A DNA stretch of 64,000 nucleotides from NCBI RefSeq assembly GCF_018977255.1, contig NW_024704742.1, forward strand, positions 67,396,001-67,460,000, in the 5' to 3' direction. The notes under the pieces are model-generated. The model searched no databases. It had not been told where the DNA came from and saw only the letters and a list, made by a program, of their open reading frames with translations. The DNA is from Callorhinchus milii. Its lineage: Eukaryota. Both the position numbers and the translations under genes were made by a program. Shown one piece after another: positions 1-12,584 of the stretch (position 1 is its first letter; each line of letters starts with the position of its first letter).

Positions 1-15
1 AGAATTCTTACATGT

Positions 16-110
16 TTTGAAAACATTTTAAATTCAGTCTTATTTTGATAAACTAATTTAGCTTTTAAAAAAAGGATCTGAATTAAAACTGAATATAAAA
101 TGTTTCCAAA
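16..110. repeat. Imperfect inverted repeat, member of a dispersed palindromic (MITE-like) family
   Basis: tttgaaaacattttaaattcagtcttattt (16-45) matches the reverse complement of 81-110 at 26/30 positions. Confidence 0.7.
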
Positions 111-250
111 AATGCTGCACAACAATAAACCTCAAGTCAATGGTCTTAAGGCCAGGACCAGGAGAATTTCAGACCTCAGAAGACTATTAGTATTTAAATG
201 AATCAGAGTTGTCTAGGACTCTACCTCTTTTGCCTGATTGTTAGCTTTGT

Positions 251-665
251 GTCAGCCTGCCTCAGCCTCTAAGTCTGAAGGTTGTGGGTTCAAGCCCCAC
301 ATTGGGACATGCAACCCATATGCAGTAGTTTGTGCTGACACTCTGATGCAGTGCTGGGAGTGTGCTGAATTGTCGGAGATACTGTCCTTTGGATGATAAG
401 TTAAACCAAAGTCCTGTCTGGCTGTTAAAGATGTTAAAGTTCCCATTGCACTAATCAAAAAGAAGGAGTTTCTCCCAGTGTCCTGGCCAACAAATAAAAT
501 TTGTTGCTCACTCCATCACTGTTTCTGGGACATTATTCTGCCAAAATGGCCTTGTTTGCTCACAAAAGCACGCAGTTACACCACTTTGTATTATATCTCA
601 TAAGTGCTTTGAAACATCTCGATTATGTGATAATCAAACGCATATATCTATTAAAATTATTATTT
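251..665 (+). mobile_element. Deu-domain SINE (tRNA head, Deu core, L2-like tail)
   Basis: gtcagcctg...gaaggttgtgggttcaag head; core tgtcggagat...ggatga...tctcccagtgtcctggccaac. Confidence 0.85.
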
Positions 666-767
666 TTATTTCTCGAGCAACTGAAAAAGCAATCCAGAAA
701 GGAGAAATCCTTCCAGAGATTTTCTCAGAGGGCATGGAGCATCCAGTCTAGAGCACTTGGTAGAACT

Positions 768-1478
768 CCTTTCACATGAGGAGGATGTCCCAAAGGGCTT
801 CACAGGATATACTGTGAAGTGTAGTTCCCATGTAGTTTGTAGGCGAATACTAAAGTCAATTTGCTCACAACAATGTCCCATAAACAGCCATGAAGTGAAT
901 GACCGATTTTATTTGCTGGGTGGGGAGAAAATCTTAGGCAAGTTTCCTTACTTCACACGCCTCTGTTTACCGAGCAGTAAATAGGAATCCGGTTGTTAGT
1001 TGATTGACGGATCATGTTTCCAGTGGTAATAATCCCTCCCCACCAAAAAAATGTGGTCACTCAATCCACACACAAACAATTGGCTGCCGTGTTTCACCCA
1101 TAAAATATACAGTCAATTCACTTTCCAGTATATTCTGTAAAGTGCTTTGAGATGTTTCAACCATGTGATAAGGCACTATATCAAATGCGAGGATTACTAT
1201 TATAATTTTATTTGGGGGATTTGGTGGCCAGGACACCTTTCTCTTTTCAAATAGTGCCATGGTATCTTTTACGTCCACCTGAACAGGCAGTCGGGGCCTT
1301 GGTTTAAAGTTTCATCTGAAGCACAGCACCTCCGACAAAGCAGGGCATCCCATCAGCACTGCATTGGCATGTCAGTCTGCCCGAGACAATGTGAGTTCCA
1401 AGTCCCGACGTGGGAGCTTGAACCTACAAGCTCCTGGCTCGGAGGCGAGAGTGCTACCGACCGAGCCAGGCTGACAGC
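768..1478 (-). mobile_element. Deu-SINE interrupted by a plus-strand CORE-like SINE (~925-1205)
   Basis: 3' half at 768-915 and 5' half at 1205-1478; attttatttg occurs on both sides of the insert. Confidence 0.8.
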
Positions 1479-3009
1479 TTGAGAGTCCTGTGGTGAAAAC
1501 AAGGACGGCTAAAACCGCACAATGATCCATGGTGCCCACCAGTAAACCACTGCAGATGTCCGATCAGGCGCTTAACATTCCAGCTACAACAAACCATCAT
1601 GTTCCTGGCTCTCTCTGTAACATTCTGGAAACCATTTCAGCCTGTTTTACTGCAGTACTGTCTTTTTATTGGAAGGGCCATAAAGCCTTAAGCGCAGAAA
1701 TGCACAGGGGGGGAAACGACAGCACAAATAATTTCAAGACGGCAAATGGCCCAATGCAGTGATGTTTGCAGCTGTAAAAAACGTATCTCGTACCAGAGGT
1801 TCAAATAGGTAACATGTTGTCCCTGGCTCCGCGAAACACAGCTCAATCACAACTCAAGGCAAAGGGGTCCACATGATAGTCTCAAAGACTAACCTGGCTG
1901 TGAAACTGGAAGTGCCCTGATCAACTCTCACTTTGTTCTATTTCTAGGGATGCTGCTGGCCTGTGCCAATCCACAGCGAAGCCCTGGTGGTAAATGGCTG
2001 ATGTTATGTAACAGACAATATTGCCTTGCTAAGCTAATGATGTGCTTAATACAATACAGTACAATTTACATTTATACGGTGCCTTTTTAAGTCTCATAGT
2101 GCTTGAAATTACTGGCTTAGTGCTGACTTAGTGGAGGGGTTTGTTGGGGTGCGGGAGTAGGAGCCAAAGGGTGTGGGAAGGGGAAAAATGACCGAAAGCG
2201 CGGTCAATGAGGTAGGTCTTGGGACATGTCTTGAAAGGGGAGGGGATAGAGAGAATCAGAGAGATTCCAAGGTGGAATTGCAGAGAGTGGGGAAAAATGG
2301 CCAAAAGCTACCCGACGATGATGGGGCGGGTGACATGAAACGGGCTTGTGCCCGCTGAGCGCAGAGGGGTCAGGACAGCAGGGTTGAAGGAGGTCGCAGA
2401 GGTGGAGTGGAGCGGTCAAGAGTGTGGAGGGATTGGCTTTGGGGTTTCCTGGGTTGTTGTATCCATAATGCAGAAATTCCTAACTGGGGAGAGACTAGTG
2501 TGGTTCTGAGAGGTGTCAATTGTAAAGAAGCGAATTCAATGAATAACAGACTATGAATTCTATCCTTCATGTCACAGATACACCGAGCAACCGAAGAGAC
2601 AGGTCATTGCTATGTAATTTTTGGTGCACACGCTGCAAGTATTTAACAGAAAGCTGTCCCGTTTTAATCTATTGCAGAGTAAGTTGCAAATAAGCAGAAA
2701 TGTACACTGTGGACAAATGCTACAAAAGGTCACAGTGTGGGAATATCAAAACTGCTGTGGTACTTCTGTTCTGAATGATAAAATCTATGACAACCGTCAA
2801 TTACCTTTTCAATCACTTTGTGGAGATTTCCATTTGATCCTTTCTTGTTTTCTAAACCACTGATAAGATGTGTTTTATGTATGTGTGTGTGTGTTTGTTT
2901 GTGTGTGCTTGCACTTATGTATGTGCATTCATGTGTGCATTGCATGAATGCACATGTGTTGTTTACTGCATGACTACTTGTTTCTCTCCCTCCCCACCCC
3001 TCTCTGGGA

Positions 3010-3316
3010 ATCAGCAGTCAATTTGCTTACAACAATGTCCATGATGTCAATAGCTAATTTTATTTGGGGGATTGTTGGCCAGGACATCGGGAGAAACTCC
3101 CTTCTTTTTCAAGATGGGATCTTTAACATCCACCTGAAGAGGCAGACGGGACCTCAGTTTAACGCCTCACCCGAAAGACGGCACCTCCAACAATGCATTG
3201 CTGCTCCATCGCTGCATTGGAGTGTCAGCCTAAACTGTGAGCTTAAAGCTCAAAGGGCTGGAACTTGCAACCTTTTGATTCAGAAGCGAGAGTGCTAGCA
3301 ACTGAGCCAAGCTGAT
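3010..3316 (-). mobile_element. Deu-SINE, 5' two-thirds
   Basis: Reverse Deu core and head, ending gagccaagctga. Confidence 0.85.
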
Positions 3317-3643
3317 AAAAAGCGTTCCCAAGGAAAGTGGTAACATTACTGGCGCCTCGGTCTTTGTGTGACTTGAGCAATTCTCGCTATGATTTCCTGC
3401 AAAGCATCTGATACTCATTCAACTTTAAATTATATTTTATTAAAAAAACTCCCAAAATTGAGAAGCTTTAAGATACTATGAAAGGGGTTGTTTGTGGGAG
3501 ACAACATCTGTAATGAATACAGCTACTTACTTTTCACACATTTTAATGAAATCAGCCAAAATAGATTATGATTTTATGGGGCGTTTAAGTAAATTCCACA
3601 TTGCAAATTAACTCTGTGGGATACATCGCCTCCTAAAGAAACA

Positions 3644-4332
3644 ATAATGATCCTTGCATTTCACATAGTGCCTTCTCACATCATTGAGATGTTGCAAAGC
3701 GCTTCACGGGAATTATTGTGAAATGTAACGGCTGTACATTCTGTAGTCGATCGTGACAGCCAGTTTTGCACACAACGATGTGCCACAAACAGCCATGCAA
3801 TGAGTGACCATTTTATCTGTAGGATGGTAGGCTAAAAACTGGTGGAAACTCCTTTTTTTTCAAATAGTGACAGGGAATCTTTAACACCCACCTGATCGGG
3901 CAGACGAATTCTAAGTTTAATGTCTCATCTGAAGGACAACATCTCTGACAATGCAGAACATACCCCAACATCGCAACATCGCACTGGAGTGTCAGCCTCA
4001 AATACGCGCTCAAAGGTTGTGGGTCCATAGCCCATGTCGGGACTCATAGTCTAAACTAACAGTCCAATGCAGTGCTGGGTGGGTGTTGCATTGTCAGATG
4101 TGCCGTCCTGCGGCGAAATCCCATGGCATTATTCGAAAAGAGAAGGTGTCTCCTGGTGTCCAGGCCAACAATTTGTCACTCACTCCGTCTGTTTTGGGGA
4201 CACTGTCGTGTGCAACTGGCTGCTGGGTTTTGCCCACAAAATACACAGTCATTGTATTTTACTGTGAAACGCTTTGAGACATCTCAATGATGTGCTAAGT
4301 CTCAATATCAAATGCAAGGATTAGTATTATAT
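3644..4332. mobile_element. Head-to-head pair of Deu-SINEs (minus 3644-~4000, plus ~4012-4332)
   Basis: Reversed tail at the left end, forward tail at the right end, Deu core in each. Confidence 0.8.
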
Positions 4333-4980
4333 GGTCACTTCTACTTTCTCCCCAGCATCAAACTCTGCCAATGTTAAGTTCTCTGAGACGCTACCCCGCA
4401 TGAAAAACGCTACATAAATGCAAATTGTAGTTGCTCTAGAACAAGCCTCAGAGGGTATTTGTAAAGTGCTCTTCCCTAGTCTTTATGCATGTACTAAGTA
4501 GCTTCTCCTCCACCTGTACCAGCTGTTTGTGCTCATAGCTTAAACACATCACTCAGCACCTCTGCTGAGATTTCAACAGAACTTTAAAATGTAAGGTAAA
4601 TGTAGCCTGATATGAACCCCTCCCCCACACACTATTTCCTGTTATATTCTTCAGTAAATGTAAATCATTGTTCATTGAGTGATGTGAGCTCTGCTGGAAA
4701 GGGAAGGGATGGGTCCATTTTGAGGTAACTGTAGCTGAGGTCTTGTAGCCTGGATGACACAGATTGAATAGCTGATTGGCGGATCACTTTCCGGAGGTAA
4801 TAAAAAAAATGTGGTTACTCAATCCACGACTATTTGCAGGACATTGCTGTGCAATTGGCTGCCGAGTTTCATTCACAAAATACACAATCAATCCACTCTA
4901 CATTATATTCTGAGAAGTGCTTTGAGACGTCTCAATGGTGTGATAAGGTGCTATATCAAATGCAAGGATTAATATTTTTG

Positions 4981-5467
4981 ATTTCAAGATCCTCATCCTC
5001 ACCTACAAGGCCATTCACGGCCTCGCTCCCTCCTACCTCTCCAACCTACTATCCCCCTACCTACCTGCCCGTACCCTCCGTTCCTCCGGCTCCAGTCTGC
5101 TCCACGTCCCCCGCCCCAATCGCCCTACCATCGGTGGTCGGGCCTTCAGCCTCTCAGCCCCGAGGCTCTGGAAATCTATCCCCCAGTGCCTTCGCCTCTT
5201 CCTCCCTCTCCTCCTTCAAGGCCGGTCTCAAAACCTTTCTCTTTGACCGAGCCTTCAGCTCCCCTCTCGACTCTCTTCCCCCTCCTCGCTCCCTCCCTTC
5301 CCTGCCCTCACCCTGACCATTTCCCCCTTCCTCGCTCCCTCCCTTCCCTCCCCTCACCCTGACCATTTCCCCAATGCTCGGGTCATGACCCAACTGTGCA
5401 GCGCCTTGGGACGTCCTCCTGACGTGAAAGGCGCTTTATAAATGGAATCTTGTTGTTGTTGTTATTA
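4981..5467 (+). mobile_element. L2 3' fragment, same young subfamily as 40040-43165
   Basis: Co-linear and visibly highly similar to 42727-43165; ends in (ttg)n. Confidence 0.92.
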
Positions 5468-6034
5468 CTCTGTGAGTGCACTTTGAAACGTTCTGCTAAC
5501 GTGCAAGGTGCTGCATTGAGTTCAAGGATTAACCTGACATTCAGTGCCTCCTGCCCTCCCATCTTTGCAGTGTGGCGAGTGCAGTGTGTTTGCGAGGCGA
5601 GCAACAATTTGCTGTCGGGTCACTATCGCCGAAAGAGCAAGTATTCACGCAGTTGTTTCACAATTAAATGCCTGGCGCATATAGGTTACCTCTCTGAGAG
5701 GCACCCCACCTCCTCCCCGGCATCAGGTGGAAGTTGAATGCGTGGCAGTGGTATCACTTGCGGCATCTATTTTAAAACCATTAGTGATCTCCCACGGAGA
5801 TTGATCGCTTGTCGCGTGGCTGGCATGCTATCCTGCCACCCGCCCTCGCCCCCTGCCCTGGAATTCCATTGCCATGATTGGCAGGAGCAGAAGGACAGAT
5901 AAGACAAGTGGAGGTCACCGATTTATCCATCTCACCGAGAGAACCGGGCAGCACTGGGCAAGCCAGAGCCCAGATCAGACGAAGAAACACACAGCGCAGG
6001 GGGGGATTTGGCACGGTGCTCCGAATAGTCCAGG

Positions 6035-6470
6035 AATAATAATAGCAATCTTTGCATTTGGTATAGCACCTTATCACGTCACAAGAATGTCTCAAAGCTC
6101 TTCCAGGATTTACTGTAAAGTGTTGTGTGTATTTGTAGACAAATGCGGCAGCACAGTTTATACAGCAACATCCAACAAACAGCCATGGAATGAATGACCA
6201 ATTTTATTTGAGGAATTATTGGTCAGTACCTGGAGAAACTCCCTTCTGTTTGCAAATGGTGCCATGGTATCTTTAATATCCACCCGAACAGGCAAACGGG
6301 ATCTCGGTTTAACATCTCATCCAAAGGACGGCACCTCTGATAATGCAACACCCTCCTAGAACAGCAGTGTAGTGTCAGCTCAGACTTTGTGATTCCAAGT
6401 TCCAGCGTGGGACTCAAACCTACAACCTTCTGACTCAGAGATGAAAGTGCTACCACTGAGCCAGGCTGAT
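6035..6470 (-). mobile_element. Full-length Deu-SINE
   Basis: Runs from the (aat)n tail through the Deu core to the head gagccaggctga. Confidence 0.9.
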
Positions 6471-7109
6471 ATACGAATGATTAATTATAGGGCGGAGTGT
6501 GTAGACCGCATCTTTAACACCTCTGGAATTGGATGCGTCTTTGAAGTGTGGACAACTGGATTTGAAAGAACCTTTTCCACACACCTCGTTAAATGGCTGC
6601 GGCTTTGTAGCAAGGGAATGTCTGAGTCCTTGAAATTGCTCATGGACTCAGCCTCAAAACCGTTGTCTTATAATAATAATCATCCTTCCATTTGATTTAA
6701 CGCCTTATCACGTTATCTCAAAGCACTTCAAAGAAGATACTGTAAAGTGTATTGACTGCGTATTTTGTAGGCAAAACACGGCAGCCAATTACCCCTGGAA
6801 GTTTACCCCCATACTATTTACTGCTAGGTAAACAGGCATTTGGAGTAAGGAAACTTGGCTAAAGTTTCGCCCTGCCTGGGAATCAAACCCTGGTCCTCTC
6901 ACTTGCGAGGCAAGCATACTCACCACTATGCTACCTGACTCCACAAAGGTTAATGAGCAGAAATTCCTTAAAATCAGTTTGCATTTGGGAGCTGGTTCAC
7001 CCTGGCTCAACGGCTTCCGAACTCAAGACTGAATTTGTGACAATTTTCTTGCCTCCTACACCATCTCGCAGAGAGGAGAAATTTCCAGCCTCTGGAATTA
7101 AAAGGGGCA

Positions 7110-7890
7110 ACAACAAACACCAACAACAACTTGGATTTATTTTCAGACACTACCACCTGAAACGCTGGAACACTCTTCCTCAATCTTTCCGTCTTGCCTC
7201 ATCTCTCCCCATTTTCAGATCTGGCCTTAAGACCATGCCTATGGTCACCGGCCCATCTCCCCAGCTCAACCTAAGACTCCGCCAGTGTTAAGCGCTCCTA
7301 GATGCTATCCTGTGTGAAGGGCGCTATATAAATTAAGTTGTTGTTCTGATACAGCAAACTTCAAATAGGATAAAGTCTCAGAAGACTGCACAGTGGTGGA
7401 GCTAGACACTAACCAAGGGTGAAAAGAGAGATGACCATAAGCGCAGTTGTAGCAGTAGATTGTTAAAGTGGGATTTAATAATAATAATAATAATCCTTGA
7501 ATTTGATATAGCGCTTTTCACGTCTTCTCGACGTCTCAAAGCGCTTCACAGAATATGCTGTAAAGTGAATTGACCGTATATTTGCGGGGATTTATAGACA
7601 AATGAAGATGGACGAGGCAGGGGATAGAGGCAGGGAGTTTCATAAGTTAGAGATATCGTAACTGAAAGCTCAGTTGCTGATGGTGGCAAGGGGAATGTGG
7701 CAGAAGGCCCTTGTTCCTGACCACTTTGACTGTGCCTTCGGCCACACACACTCACACCCATTCCCCTTATCCTCCAACTCTCTTGATTCCAATCCTCAGA
7801 TCGGGTGCAAACCCTTAACTGTCCAGCGCCTTGGGTCATCCTCCTGACTTGAAAGGCGCTGTATAAATGTAATTTTGTTATTGTTGGGAC
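7110..7890. mobile_element. Cluster of short L2 and SINE tail fragments in both orientations
   Basis: L2 tails at ~7325 and ~7860 (+); reversed SINE tail at ~7478-7590. Confidence 0.7.
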
Positions 7891-8299
7891 AAGCGACAGT
7901 TGAGCTGCTTGCCACCACCTCAGTCTTCCCGTGGATCAGAGTTAAGAGCATTTGTTAGAGACAGGAAGAAGAAAGCAACATCAAACAGAGAGCGCTTGAC
8001 ATCTGTCCCTGTGCAGGAGAGGAATTACCAGATCTGAGCGCTTTAAAGAGTCCAGGGTCTTTGGGCTCTTCTCCTCTCTCTTCTCTGCAGCTGCTCAGTG
8101 TAACTTTAGCAAACATCAAGGAGAGAATCGGGATTTACTGAATTAAAATATTTTGCATTGTTGCTACACTTCGTTCTGTTTGAAACAAGCGCCCCCTCCC
8201 CTCCCCCACCCACCCAATCCCATGTTTAACCCCTCGGCGACCATTGGGTTGTTTTGTTTCTTTGCTGTCCTTGTGATTATCTAGAGGACAGTGTTAAAC

Positions 8300-8980
8300 A
8301 TAATAATAATATCAAAATCCTTGCATTTGATATAGTGCTCTTATTACGTCGTTGAGAGGCCTCAAAGCGCTTCACAGGATATATTGTAAAGTGGATTCCC
8401 TGTGTATTTCGTGGATGAAATGTGGCAGCCAATTAATTGCACTCAGTAGTGTTCCACAACTAGTCATGCATTGAGTGACCACATTTTTTGCGATCTGCCA
8501 ATCAACTAATAACCAGGTTCCTACTTATTGCTAGGTAAACAGACGTGTGGTGTAAGGAAACTTGCCTAAGGTTTCGTCCTGCCTGGGAATTATAAAAATG
8601 AAAATTAAAAATCAGCAGGTTGTGGGTTCAAGCCCCACATCGGAATCCATTAAGTCAATGCTGCTGGAGGAGTGCTAAATTGTCAGGGGTATTGTCCTTC
8701 AGTCTTATCTGCCTGTTCAGGTGGATGTTAAAGATCCCATGGCACTATTTGAAAAGACAAGGGAGTTTCTACCCGTGCACTGACCAACAATCTTCCAGAT
8801 AAAATTGGTTACTCACTTCATGGCTGTTCATGAGACATTGCTGTGTACAAATTGGCTGCTGTATTTGGCCAGGTAATACACAGTCACACCACCACTTTAC
8901 AGTAAATCCTGCGAAGCGCTTTGAGATTGACTTGATGTTGTGACAAGGTGTTAATGCTAGGATTATTATTATTATTAAAT
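8300..8980. mobile_element. CORE-like SINE (minus, 8300-8590) fused head-to-head with a Deu-SINE (plus, 8612-8980)
   Basis: Reversed tail plus ctaggtaaacag...aaacttgcctaagg, then the Deu head and core. Confidence 0.8.
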
Positions 8981-10065
8981 AACAAGTCACTGAACTTCAC
9001 AGAAAACCTTGTGAAGCACTTTGAGATGCTAGAGGTGCTATATCAAATGAAAGGATTATTATTTTTACTATTTTTATACCAAATGCAAAGTTTATCACTG
9101 TTGTGTTCTATACAATCTATAAACTGTCCTGCAGCTCCCCAATTTGATGACTTCTTTCACCAGTCCACGGTTCCCTTCCCCTGACGATCTCCTGCCTAAT
9201 TTAAACCTAATAACTAGAACTAGTCTTACACTAAAGGCAAGGTTTCACACAGTAGCTTGGATTACATTCCCATGAAAACATGTTGGAAGCAAGTTATCAT
9301 GGACGTCAAAATAAACCCACTGCAAACAAAAGGAACGGGGTCTGAAATAAAGGAAAGCAGCTGTTCGTTCTCTCAGAAAAATCCTTTTGCAGTGAAGCGG
9401 AAGACAGGGACGCCACCAGTTGGGAAACGTCTACTGGGAAACAAAGGCCACAGTCCAATAGCTCACAAAACATCTCCGGAGCCCTGGATTGAGATGTGCA
9501 GAAAGAACGCATACCACAAAGTGACAGGCAAACACAGGAAGCCATGCCCAACCCTTCAAATTCCATTAAATCACCGTCTTCTTATACTGTTTAAGTGGAC
9601 CTTATCATCAAAGCCAATGAAGGGTTTTTAACCAGCTGGCTATCACAGCTTGGTCTCACACTAGCACATGGTGGGAAAGGGGAGGAGAAGGTTCTTTGTT
9701 CTCATCTTAATGGTCACGTGGATGAGATGTTACCAGCAAAATGCATGCACCAAATCCAACCATATCCACCCACTGGACAGTGCAGAGAAAAGGGACAATA
9801 GGCTGGAGATTACATTGAGACGTCAACTATGTCAACTGCGAATCGTGGGCTCAAATAGCGACATGCCATGCCCGCAAACCTGAAAACTAGAGATGGTCTG
9901 GCTGAATTTTACTTGGAATTTTCAGATGCTTAAATTTGGTTGTGCATTTTTGATTTTTTTTCTGGTGGAGCCCGAGGGGAGGTTATGTTACTTTTCATTG
10001 ATATTGTTTCAAAGAAAGAAAAAGCGAATAAACAAAAATGATGGGGAAAAAAATTTAAACCGGTA

Positions 10066-10585
10066 TGTCAGCCTGGCTTAATTGTTAGTGCCTTTCAGAG
10101 TCAGAAGATTTGTGGGTTGAAGCCTCCACATTGAGAATTTGATCTTAAATAATAATAATAAAAATCCTAATATAGCACTTTATCATCTTGTTGCGATGTC
10201 TCAAAATGTTGCACAGAATATATTGTAAAGTGTACTGACTGTGTAGTTTGTGGGCGAAACACGGCAGCCAATTGCGCACAACAGTGTCCCACAATCAGTC
10301 GTGGTTGAGTGACCAATTTTGTTTGGAGGGATTATTACCACCGGAATACAATCCGCCAAATGACTAACAACTGGGATCCTACTTACTGCTAAGTAACCAG
10401 AGATATTTGGTGTAAGAAAACTTGCCTAAGGTTTCACCCTGCCTGGGAATCGAAACATAGCACTCTTGCTTGTAAGGCAAGCACACTAACCACTGTACTA
10501 TAGGACTCCTCAGCAGTCCAGACTGACACTCCAATACAGTGCTGGAAGAGTGCTGCATTGTTGGAGGTGCCATTCTTTGGATGAT
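10066..10585. mobile_element. Deu-SINE 5' part (plus) split by a full-length CORE-like SINE (minus, ~10150-10510)
   Basis: Deu head at 10066-10145 resumes at ~10512 (cagtccagactgacactccaat). Confidence 0.85.
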
Positions 10586-11069
10586 GTTGGAAGCCTAAAG
10601 TTTTTAAAGGAACTGCAGAAAAATGGCTTCCAAATTAAGACTAAATTTAAGAATTTTCCAAAAATCCGGTATCATAAAAGTTTAAGGCAAAGGCCTTGAG
10701 GCTTAGACCAGGTTCCGCCACACATCACTGTTAGTCAGCTCGGGATTGCAACACACTAAATAAAAGCTTAAAATGAGGAAATGACAATTGGTTCAATAAA
10801 CTCAATCCTTCAACAGGACTTGCAAATAGTATTAAACACGGATTCGCCACTTTACTCTATCTCCCAAAGGAATGATCTGGACAGAAGCTCTGTATTTCCG
10901 AAATGGCAGTCAAGTAAATACATCAGAATACATCAATCCCCACATCTCCGCTATTCAACCTTGGCCCCTTTCTCTCTGTCGGGCAATGTTAAATGGGTGA
11001 GGGGGGGGCGGTGACAGGAGAGGACGGGGAGAGAATAAAGCAAAAGGATTTGTTTCAACCTTTCATTAA

Positions 11070-11415
11070 ATGTCAGAGGTGCTGTCCTCTGGATAAGATG
11101 TTAATTCCGAGGTCTGGTCTGCTTATTTGGATGGACATTAAAAGATCCTGCAGAGCTATTTGAAAATTGAAGGGAGTTTCTCCCTGTGTCCTGGCCATAC
11201 CACCCCTCCTCGATAAAATTGGTCATCGACTTCAAGGCTATTTGTGGGACATTGCTGTGCACAAATTGGCTGCTGCGATTGCCTACAAAATACACAGTCT
11301 CGTCCCTTCACCCCCCCACACACGCTTCACAGTAAAATCCTGTGAAGCTCTTTGACACATCCCGATGACATGAAAAGGCGCTACATTAAATGCAAGGATT
11401 ATTATTATTATTATT
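11070..11415 (+). mobile_element. Deu-SINE, 5'-truncated
   Basis: tgtcagaggtgctgtcc...aatgcaagg(att)n. Confidence 0.85.
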
Positions 11416-12584
11416 ACATTCAACATTGAGCGCTTAAACCATCAGCACTCGATCTCTATAGGGAAGGATAGCTGACTGTGAACGCTGTTAGTCTGATTGA
11501 ACTGAGTAAAAAGAGGGTCAGGTCCATTTAGTGATGAATCGTAGGAATAACAGTGCAATCTCCAGGGGGTCAAATAAATGAAAGGTTGTTCTGTAGGGAG
11601 GGCTTTTTACAAAACAAATTGGTAAAAGCTCAAAGCTAATTTTCCAATAATGGTTGGCCTAGTGTTACAGCGAACACTCATTCAAAGCTTATATTGTTTA
11701 AGTTCCAAATTTCACATCGTAACTTAAAAGCAAGTCTTGAGAAGCCTGCATTCTTGGGGCATCAATGGTTCTAATTTAATTGGTGAATCTATTCGGTTTT
11801 TTCCCTCTCTTTCTCTCTATCTCTCTCTCTCTTTCTTTCTCTCTCTCTTCAGCCTGTGTTTCTTTTTCTCATTCTCTCATTCCCGCTGCAAGGTTCAGCC
11901 TGAGGGTTTTGCAAGGAACAGTGTTGAGCCTTCATAATGAACTGGCAGAGCCACAAAAGACTGAACTGAGTAAGTACCTAATGAGAAAGGATTCCTACAT
12001 TTAACTGGTCAGCCACTATAGGCAAGGTCATTAAAGAGACTCAAGACAGAGATGAATGGGGGGAGGAGAGAGAAAAACCTCTCCTAATACCTTTTCAGCT
12101 CACAATGCTGGACATGACAAATCCCCCACGACTTAATGAGCTACAAGCTTTCTTTTCACTGGGACAAAAGGTTTCCTCCCTCTCTCATCCTTAATCACAA
12201 ACAAATGGGAACTCCGTGCTGCCTGTTAACAGGCTCGCTCGTCCGCTAACTCCTTCAAAGTGCTGAGAAACAGGACAAGAGGCTGAGGGGAACGGAGGAG
12301 AAGAAAACAGGCTATGGCTTCTCAAAGCTCATTCCTTTTGCCCACTGGGGAGTCAAGTGCTTACCAACCCCACGGCCCCAGAGGAGGGAGGGAGGGAAAC
12401 AGTCCCCGCACGCAAAACGCAAAGCCTCTCTCTCGCCTTGCAAAGTCACAAGTAACGATTTGGATGAAGAAGGACCCTTCGGCCTATCTGATCTCATCCT
12501 TCCAGAATACCAGCTCTACCGTCTCGCCATCATGGCATCAAGCTGCTTTCTTTTATTCTAATAATAATTGCATTTGATATAGTG

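Noticed and set aside
9257..9631. 124-aa ORF, and similarly the 127-aa ORF at 44184-44567 and the 137-aa ORF at 54594-55007
   Set aside because: No recognisable domain, no clear splice structure, antisense to FGFRL1, and of a length expected by chance; the last runs into a SINE tail.
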